A DNA stretch of 18,591 nt from Candidatus Zixiibacteriota bacterium (lineage in GTDB: Bacteria; Zixibacteria; MSB-5A5; GN15; FEB-12), in contig JBGSIV010000263.1 in the NCBI GenBank assembly GCA_041742355.1, positions 1 to 18,591 on the forward strand. The letters run 5' to 3'. Each line of letters starts with the position of its first letter. Position 1 is the stretch's first letter. The notes beneath the pieces were generated by a model. It saw nothing but the letters and a program-made list of their open reading frames with translations. It searched no databases and had not been told where the DNA came from. A program made the position numbers and the translations under genes. Below are positions 1 through 6,602 of the stretch, piece after piece.

Positions 1-1
1 C

Positions 2-2164
2 GACGTCTTCGCCCAACGCCTGTCGTCCGCCGGTCTCCGCCTCGGTTTAAGCATCCGCGTCAACACCGATGCAGGCGGAACCGAACAGCGCTCCCCCGAT
101 GTCGCCGTCGACGGCCTCGGACGATTCACCGTGGTCTGGGAGGACAACCGCAACGCTTCGAGCGCCCCGGACATCTACGCCGGCCGATTCGACACCACCC
201 TCCTGGCGCTGAACCTGAACTATCGCGTCAACGCTAGCGAGACCGTGAGCCGCCAGCAGAAGTACCCCGCCATCGCCGCCGACCGCATGGGGAACGTCGC
301 GATCGTCTACGCCGAACAGAACGGAACCCACTGGGATATCCTGGGCCGCATGATCGATGTCGACGGCTTCTCCAAGGGTGACTTCGTCGCCAGCGCGGTC
401 ACCGACTCCTCCCAGATTTACCCGGACGTGGCCCTCGACGGCGCCTTCCGCTACACCGTCTGGATGGACAACCGCACCAACCGCTCCTACGACATCTACG
501 GCGCCATCACGCAATACAACGACCGCATGCTCATCGCTTCCCCGCTGGCGCTCAACTTCCTGATGCGTCAGGGAGGACCGGCCCCCGCGCCGCAGTGGAT
601 CAGCCTGAGCCACAGCGGGTACAACTCGATCGCCTTCGAGGCCTTACCGTACAGCGACTGGCTGATCGTCACCCCGTTGGACGGGACAACCCCCGACTCC
701 ATCGCGATCTCCATCGACCCGACTGACCTCGTGCACGGCAGCTACGATGGCGCCATCCGGATTATCGACCCCTTGACCGCCGACTCCTCTATCGTCGTCT
801 CCGTCCACCTCGAAGTCAATGCCGCGACCCTGGCCCTGTCGGCCGACACGGTGGCGCTCGACCTGTCGTCCGGATACGACACGCTCCTCCACCGGAGCGT
901 GACCATCAGCAACAGCGGACAGGGCAGCCTCTCCTGGACCGCCGATGAATCCGCAGCCTGGCTTTCCCTTGCGGCAACACAGGGAACAGCTCCGGCCGAA
1001 CTGGCTCTTACCATCGACGGCGGCAGCCTCGCTGTCGGTGAGTACACCGCCGCCATAACAATCGATGCCGGCGATGCCGCCGATTCTCCCGACTCCGTGG
1101 TCGTCCTTCTGCGGGTGCGCGACGACCTACCGATTATCTCCGTTTCCCCCTCGACCATCTCCGCGTCGGTCGTTGGGACCGAGCCGTACGACACGACGAT
1201 CGTAATCAGCAACCTCGGCGGCGGGACGCTCAACTGGAGCCTGAGCGGCGCTCCGGCATGGCTTACCGCCCTGCCGACCAGCGGAACCGGCCCGGACGAA
1301 GTAGCCCTGTCGGTCATCGCTGCCTCGCTGTCGGAGGGGCTCAACACTGCCGCACTGACTGTGAGCGACCCGGCAGCGTTTAACGGATCGGCCCGAACCC
1401 TGATCTCGATCACCTACGAGCCTCCGATGGTCGACACCTTCACCGTCGAGCAAACCGTCGTTGCACCGGGTGCCGCGGGCCAATTCGGTATCGCCGCACG
1501 GATCAACAACAGCCTCACCCACGTCGAACTGCCGCTCCGATATGACCCGGCCATGCTGACCATCGACTCGATTCGGTTCGGATCCAACCTCCCGCCATCT
1601 ATGGAGCGGTACTCACGGGTCGAGCCGTCCGCCGGCCTCTTCCTCCTCCGCCTCGATCGGACTCCTCCGGACATCGCCATGGTACCGGGCGATTATGATC
1701 TGGCGGACGTATACTTCACCGCCGGGACGACTCCGGGGCCGGTCGTTATCGACACCGCGAACCTCGACACGTTGTCCGCCTTCGTCACGGCCTACGGCGG
1801 GGGAGAACTGGTGCCGACAGTACTCGGGGCGCTGGTAATCGTCGATCAGCCCACCGATGCCGGGGAGCCCGACGACGTCGCCGGAGTCCCGATTGCCCTC
1901 CTGCAAAACTACCCCAACCCGTTCAATTCCGCCACCGTCGTAACCTTCGGTCTGCCGGCCCGATCGACCGTGAAGCTCGAGGTCTACAACGTTCTCGGGC
2001 GACGGGTAGCGGTACTGGCCGAAGGGCCACAGGGATCGGGCAACCACCAGGTGACCTGGCAGGGTGTCGATGAATCCGGCCGTGAAGTCCCATCTGGCGT
2101 CTACTTCTACCGGCTGCAGACCCCTGACACGACGCTGGTGGCCAAAATGATCCTCGTCAAGTAA
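2..2164 (+). CDS. Large secreted modular surface protein, 5'-truncated: propeller-like repeats, 3 BACON/Ig-like repeats, cohesin-like domain, C-terminal T9SS type A / FlgD-Ig sorting domain
   Basis: Frame is open from position 2 (DVFAQRLSS...), so the track start at 131 is internal. Repeats of P(D/A)(V/I)AxD..xVW.DNR...DIY. Three repeats of ISNxGxGxLxW...WL...G...G.Y.A.ITI at ~530-817, ~830-1117 and ~1136-1417. Cohesin-like segment at ~1433-1843 (VVAPG..F.I......L..VELPLRYDP..LTIDSI.F...LADVYFT). C-terminus LLQNYPNPFNSATVVTFGLP...VYNVLGRRV..L...WQGVDESGREVPSGVYFYRL...KMILVK. Confidence 0.85.
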   Translation, partial: DVFAQRLSSAGLRLGLSIRVNTDAGGTEQRSPDVAVDGLGRFTVVWEDNRNASSAPDIYAGRFDTTLLALNLNYRVNASETVSRQQKYPAIAADRMGNVAIVYAEQNGTHWDILGRMIDVDGFSKGDFVASAVTDSSQIYPDVALDGAFRYTVWMDNRTNRSYDIYGAITQYNDRMLIASPLALNFLMRQGGPAPAPQWISLSHSGYNSIAFEALPYSDWLIVTPLDGTTPDSIAISIDPTDLVHGSYDGAIRIIDPLTADSSIVVSVHLEVNAATLALSADTVALDLSSGYDTLLHRSVTISNSGQGSLSWTADESAAWLSLAATQGTAPAELALTIDGGSLAVGEYTAAITIDAGDAADSPDSVVVLLRVRDDLPIISVSPSTISASVVGTEPYDTTIVISNLGGGTLNWSLSGAPAWLTALPTSGTGPDEVALSVIAASLSEGLNTAALTVSDPAAFNGSARTLISITYEPPMVDTFTVEQTVVAPGAAGQFGIAARINNSLTHVELPLRYDPAMLTIDSIRFGSNLPPSMERYSRVEPSAGLFLLRLDRTPPDIAMVPGDYDLADVYFTAGTTPGPVVIDTANLDTLSAFVTAYGGGELVPTVLGALVIVDQPTDAGEPDDVAGVPIALLQNYPNPFNSATVVTFGLPARSTVKLEVYNVLGRRVAVLAEGPQGSGNHQVTWQGVDESGREVPSGVYFYRLQTPDTTLVAKMILVK

Positions 2165-2194
2165 CCCCCAGCCGCCAAAAAAATCCGCCTGCGC

Positions 2195-2222
2195 CTAAAC
2201 CTTTTCCCGGCAATCTCGTAAA
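2195..2222 (+). promoter_or_regulatory. Putative ECF sigma factor promoter (SigW-like)
   Basis: CTAAAC (2195-2200), exactly 16 nt beginning CTTTT, then CGTAAA (2217-2222). Resembles TGAAAC-N16-CGTA. A-tract upstream at 2177-2183; SD GGAGG at 2261-2265. Confidence 0.5.
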
Positions 2223-2271
2223 CCCACGTAGAAGAGAATCGCCAACTGTCATTTGACGACGGAGGACATTC

Positions 2272-3498
2272 ATGGCTTCACATCGATATCTGCTGATCAC
2301 GCTGGGTGTACTGCTCCTGACTGCATCCGCCTGGGCCGACAACAGCCATCGCATCTACGGCAAAGTAACGACCGAGGACGGCGACGTCTACGAGGGCCTC
2401 ATCCGGTGGGACAAGAACGAGGCGAGCTGGGTTGACATGCTCGACGGCAACAAGGAACTCGACCCGGACAATTTTGAGGGAGAGAAGCTTAGCCGGAAGC
2501 GCGAAAGCAAGATTCGCATATTCGGGCTGACAGTCGGCGAAACCTCGGGATCCTGGAATCCGTCGTCCGCCCAGACCGGCATCCGCTTCGGACACCTTCG
2601 CCGACTGGAGCCCCTTGACGACGACATGGCGCTCCTCATTCTGAAATCCGGGCAGAAAGTCGAGATGGAAAACAGCTCCACCGACCTCGGCGAAGGAATT
2701 CGCGAAATCATCATTGAAGATGTCGACGAGGGAGAAGTCGAGCTCGTCTGGCGCGATATCGAGTCAATTGAATTCGCCGACACCGACGGCGGCATGGAAT
2801 CCAACTTCGGCGAGCGCCTCTACGGCACGCTGACCACACGGCGCGGCGAAACGTTCAGCGGTTTCGTCGGCTGGGATGTCGACGAGGTCTTCGGCCGCGA
2901 CGTGCTCGACGGCGAGGAGGACGAGGACAGCCGCAAGATCCGCTTCGACAAGATCGCCGCGATCGAACGCTACTCATCCAGCGGCGCAACCGTTCACCTC
3001 AAGTCCGGCGACAAGATCGTGCTCCGCGGCACAAACGATGTCGACGACGACAACCGAGGCATCATTATCGCCGATCCGGCGTTCGGGCAGGTCGTGGTCG
3101 ACTGGGACGAATTCGACCGCCTCGATTTCAGCACCCCCGACGGCAAAGTACGATACGCCAATTTCGACGGCGGCCGGCCGATCGAAGGCACGGTGTTCAC
3201 CGAGGACGGCGAGAAATACACCGGGCGCATCCGCTGGGACAACGACGAAGAGTACACCTGGGAGATCCTCGACGGCGACAGCCGCGACACCCAGTACGAC
3301 ATCGAATTCGGAGCGATCAAGAAAATTGAAAAGCGTTCGCACTCCTCATCGATCGTCACCCTGCGCGACGGCCGCGAGTTCCGCCTGCGCGGGTCCAACG
3401 ACGTCGATGGCGACAACAAGGGAATCATCGTCCTCGACGGCGCCAAAAAGGTGGTCGAAATCGACTGGGACGATTTCGCCTCCGTGGAGTTCAAGTAG
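2272..3498 (+). CDS. Secreted acidic hypothetical protein with three internal ~120-155 aa repeats
   Basis: SD GGAGG; signal peptide ending ASAWA-D. Repeats begin IYGKVTTEDGDVYEGLIRWD (2353), LYGTLTTRRGETFSGFVGWD (2818) and IEGTVFTEDGEKYTGRIRWD (3181). Followed by a terminator. Confidence 0.85.
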   Translation: MASHRYLLITLGVLLLTASAWADNSHRIYGKVTTEDGDVYEGLIRWDKNEASWVDMLDGNKELDPDNFEGEKLSRKRESKIRIFGLTVGETSGSWNPSSAQTGIRFGHLRRLEPLDDDMALLILKSGQKVEMENSSTDLGEGIREIIIEDVDEGEVELVWRDIESIEFADTDGGMESNFGERLYGTLTTRRGETFSGFVGWDVDEVFGRDVLDGEEDEDSRKIRFDKIAAIERYSSSGATVHLKSGDKIVLRGTNDVDDDNRGIIIADPAFGQVVVDWDEFDRLDFSTPDGKVRYANFDGGRPIEGTVFTEDGEKYTGRIRWDNDEEYTWEILDGDSRDTQYDIEFGAIKKIEKRSHSSSIVTLRDGREFRLRGSNDVDGDNKGIIVLDGAKKVVEIDWDDFASVEFK

Positions 3499-3558
3499 CC
3501 TCAGGCTTCCGGACAGGGGAGAGGCGACCTGCTAAGACTTGTGTGCATCGGAAGAAGG

Positions 3559-3596
3559 AAGAAGGTGAGTCGGATGACGGCTCGCCTTCTTTTTTT
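3559..3596 (+). terminator. Rho-independent terminator of the three-repeat gene
   Basis: AAGAAGGTGAGTCG-gatga-CGGCTCGCCTTCTT stem (two G-U pairs) followed by a T run to 3596. Confidence 0.8.
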
Positions 3597-3612
3597 ATCG
3601 GCTGTCTCCGGC

Positions 3613-3646
3613 AAAAGAAAGCCCGACCTGGTGAGCAGGTCGGGCT
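3613..3646 (-). terminator. Rho-independent terminator of the purD-purE-TPR unit
   Basis: Perfect 11-bp stem AGCCCGACCTG-gtgag-CAGGTCGGGCT (3620-3646). On the minus strand it is followed by TTCTTTT. Confidence 0.75.
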
Positions 3647-3683
3647 GGATGCAATCTGAATGTCCCTCTCGGAGGGATACGGA

Positions 3684-4586
3684 TTACTGAGGGGTGCCGC
3701 CTTTGGCATCCTTCAGTGCTTTTACCGTTTCTTTTGCGCCGGTGACGAGCTTCGCCGCCTTCGGGTTGTTCTTGTGGGCCGCAAGGAAGCTCTCCCACGC
3801 CGCAAGAGCCGCATCGAGGTTCTCCGGATCATCCGACTGAACCGCGATGGCGTAATTGTACGAGGCCTTGTATGCCTGCGGATCAATCTGCGCCGCGCGT
3901 TTGAACTCGCTCGCTGCGGGACCGTACTTCTCCTGGGCCAGGTAGATCGAGCCGAGCGAAGAATGCGCGGAGTAGAAATCATCCTTCATCGCAATCGATT
4001 TCTGGTACGCCGCGATCGCCTCGGGCGTCTTGTTCTGGGCCTCATACGCCTGGCCGAGGTAGAACCACGAGAGATGATCACCGCCGCCGAGCTGATGAGC
4101 CTTCTCGAACGTGCTGGTGGCTTCCGCTCCCATCGACCGCTGGTTGTACACCTTGCCCAGCCGGATCAGGTAGTCCGCGTTGTCGGGAGCCAGTTCGGCT
4201 GCCTTCTGGAAAGCCGGAGTGGCTTCCACGAACTGCTTGAGGACATAATGCGTCTGCCCCAGGTTGGCCCAGGCATCGGCCAGCTTCGGATCGCGCTCGG
4301 TGGCCGACTTGAAGGCATTCAGGGCGCCCTGGTAGTCCTTCTTCTCGAAAAGAACCGCGCCGAGGTTCATGGCCGGATCGGCAAACTTCGGGTCTTCCGT
4401 CATGGCCAATTGGAAGTTCAGGATGGCTTCATCGCTGTTGCCGGCCTGCATCGCCACAACACCCGCATTGAAAGCCTCTTTGGCCTTGGCTTCGTCGGCC
4501 GATACCGTCGGTGCGGTCGCAGCCCAACCGATCACCAGGCCCGCCGCAACGGCGGAGAGAGTCTTCGTAAGGTTCATTCTCGTCAT
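3684..4586 (-). CDS. Secreted/periplasmic tetratricopeptide repeat protein
   Basis: Signal peptide (..AAGLVIGWAATAPTVSA-DE). About 6-7 TPR units (AWANLGQTHY...AFQKAAELAP; WFYLGQAY...AYQKSIAMKD; AHSSLGSIY...FKRAAQIDP). SD GGGAG. Confidence 0.85.
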   Translation of the reverse strand: MTRMNLTKTLSAVAAGLVIGWAATAPTVSADEAKAKEAFNAGVVAMQAGNSDEAILNFQLAMTEDPKFADPAMNLGAVLFEKKDYQGALNAFKSATERDPKLADAWANLGQTHYVLKQFVEATPAFQKAAELAPDNADYLIRLGKVYNQRSMGAEATSTFEKAHQLGGGDHLSWFYLGQAYEAQNKTPEAIAAYQKSIAMKDDFYSAHSSLGSIYLAQEKYGPAASEFKRAAQIDPQAYKASYNYAIAVQSDDPENLDAALAAWESFLAAHKNNPKAAKLVTGAKETVKALKDAKGGTPQ

Positions 4587-4654
4587 AGGTCTCCCTTCAA
4601 GATTATTGCATCACTTCTTTTTGTACCTGCCACCGGCCGGTTGGTTCGCCGGCT

Positions 4655-5101
4655 CTAAAGGCCTGCGCGGTGCTTCTTGAGCGCTTCCTTGACCTTCCCG
4701 TCGCTCAACGCGACAATGCGCGCGGCCAGGACAGCGGCGTTCTTCGCTCCGGGCATGCCGATCGCAACCGAGGCCACCGGAATACCCGGAGGCATCTGCA
4801 CGATCGACAGCAGCGAATCCAACCCGCCCAGGGCCGCGGGCAGCGGCACACCAATCACCGGCAAGGTCGAGTAGGCCGCCGCCACACCCGGAAGAGCCGC
4901 AGCAAGACCTGCCATAGCTACTATCACCGAAAAGCCGTTTTCTTCCGCCCGCCCGGCCAATTCGGCTGTTTTTTCGGGATGCCGGTGAGCGGAAGAGGCC
5001 TCAATCACGGCATCGATGCCGAACACGGCCAACTGCTCACGACATTTTTCAGCGTACTCGAGGTCGGATTTCGACCCGATTAATATGAGCACTTTGGGCA
5101 T
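4655..5101 (-). CDS. purE: N5-CAIR mutase / AIR carboxylase PurE
   Basis: Motifs GSKSD, SAHR, AGLAAALPG, LPVIGVP, GLDSLLSIVQMPPGIPVA and NAAVLAARI; 6 nt downstream of purD. Confidence 0.95.
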   Translation of the reverse strand: MPKVLILIGSKSDLEYAEKCREQLAVFGIDAVIEASSAHRHPEKTAELAGRAEENGFSVIVAMAGLAAALPGVAAAYSTLPVIGVPLPAALGGLDSLLSIVQMPPGIPVASVAIGMPGAKNAAVLAARIVALSDGKVKEALKKHRAGL

Positions 5102-5107
5102 GGGATG

Positions 5108-6388
5108 CTACCTCCGTGGTGACTTCAGGACGCGGCTGCCGATATCACGGCGAAAATACGCGCCTTCGAACTTGATCTTGTTAACGGCCCGGTAGGCGCG
5201 GGCCAGCGCCAATTGCAGGGTCCGATCGGTCGCGACGACATTGAGCACCCGCCCCCCCGCCGTCAGCACCTGCGTACCCTTCAGCGTCGTTCCCGCATGG
5301 AACACCTGCACCAAGCTGTCATTGATATCCTGCAGTCCGGTGATCCGCTTACCCGTGTAGTACCTGCCGGGGTATCCCTTCGAGGCCATCACCACACAGG
5401 CCGAATGTTCCGGTCTCCAGTCGAGCCGACCGACACTGGAGAGCTTTCCGTTGATGGTTGCCATGATCAGGTCGAACAGATCATTCTTTAACAACGGAAG
5501 CACCGCCTGGGTTTCCGGATCGCCGAAGCGACAGTTGAACTCGAGCACCTTCGGACCGCTCTCGGTGATCATGAGACCGGCGTACAGCACCCCCTTGTAG
5601 TTGATCCCCTCCTGCTGGAAGCCCTTCAGCACCGGCGCGAAAATGAAATCCTGAATCTGCTCCACCAGCTCCTTCTCGACAAGCGGCGTGGGACAGTAGG
5701 CCCCCATACCGCCCGTGTTGGGACCCCGGTCCCCCTCGAACGCCTGCTTGTGATCCTGGCTCGACAGCAGCGGCACGATCGTCTTGCCGTCGGTCAGGCA
5801 CATGACGGACACTTCCTGACCCGTGAGGCAGGCCTCAATGACCACCTGCTCGCCCGCCTTGCCCAGCGCCTTTTCGAGCATGACTCGCTCGATCGCCGCC
5901 GTGGCCTCCTTCTGGCTGTGGACCACGAACACGCCTTTGCCGGCCGCGAGCCCGTCGGCCTTGATCACCACCGGATACTCCACCGAATGGCAGAAGCCGA
6001 TCGCCTCGGCGGCCGTGGTGAACGACCGGAAAGCGGCCGTGGGGATGTGATACTCGCGCATGAACTGCTTGGCGAAGGTCTTGCTCCCCTCGATCTGCGC
6101 CGCTTTGCGATCAGGACCAAACGCCTTGAGCCGGCGCTTCTGGAACTCGTCCACTATCCCGTTGGCCAGCGGATCCTCCGGCCCAACCACCGTCAGCCCG
6201 ATCTTGTTGCGAATGGCGAATTCACCGAGCCCCCGGATATCGGTCGCCTTGATGTTGACGCACTTGGCCAACTGCGCGATCCCGGCATTGCCGGGCGCAC
6301 AGAAGATCTTATCCACCTTCTTGGACTTGCTTAACTTCCAGATGAGCGCGTGTTCTCTCCCTCCGGAACCGACGACCAACACCTTCAT
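5108..6388 (-). CDS. purD: Phosphoribosylamine--glycine ligase
   Basis: MKVLVVGSGGREHAL, APGNAG, VVGPE, EGSK, KADGLAAGKGV, QDHK, GPNTGGMGAY, EFNCRFGDPETQ, FHAGT, GGRVL, RRDIG. Confidence 0.98.
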   Translation of the reverse strand: MKVLVVGSGGREHALIWKLSKSKKVDKIFCAPGNAGIAQLAKCVNIKATDIRGLGEFAIRNKIGLTVVGPEDPLANGIVDEFQKRRLKAFGPDRKAAQIEGSKTFAKQFMREYHIPTAAFRSFTTAAEAIGFCHSVEYPVVIKADGLAAGKGVFVVHSQKEATAAIERVMLEKALGKAGEQVVIEACLTGQEVSVMCLTDGKTIVPLLSSQDHKQAFEGDRGPNTGGMGAYCPTPLVEKELVEQIQDFIFAPVLKGFQQEGINYKGVLYAGLMITESGPKVLEFNCRFGDPETQAVLPLLKNDLFDLIMATINGKLSSVGRLDWRPEHSACVVMASKGYPGRYYTGKRITGLQDINDSLVQVFHAGTTLKGTQVLTAGGRVLNVVATDRTLQLALARAYRAVNKIKFEGAYFRRDIGSRVLKSPRR

Positions 6389-6430
6389 AGCTTCCCTTTG
6401 ATCTTATGGGCCGAAAGTGATAAAGGGACA

Positions 6431-6458
6431 AGTATATAACATGCCCCGCCGATTTCAA
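6431..6458 (-). promoter_or_regulatory. Sigma70-type promoter for purD-purE
   Basis: Minus strand TTGAAA (6458-6453), 16 nt, TATACT (6436-6431), about 42 nt upstream of the purD ATG. Confidence 0.6.
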
Positions 6459-6602
6459 GCGGTTTTTTCCCCGCATCTCATCGCCGAACCCCCTTTGCCG
6501 TTGCATCCAATCGGCATCGCCGTATCTTACGCATGCACCGACCGCGAACCGGGGCGCGGATAGTCCCGCCATGGCCCGGCCGACATTTGAGAGACTCTTG
6601 AC

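Noticed and set aside
3499..3558. Possible small RNA before the terminator (CTTCCG/CGGAAG, CAGG/CCTG pairings)
   Set aside because: Stems are short and expected by chance at this GC content; no promoter seen.
3660..4658. 332-aa + strand ORF
   Set aside because: Antisense shadow of the TPR gene, which has clear repeats, an SD and a terminator.
6495..6505. TTGCCGTTGCA shared with 8893-8903, and CCGTTGCA at 16308-16315
   Set aside because: No GG at the sigma54 -24 position in any copy, distances to start codons are inconsistent, and the match is short enough to be chance.
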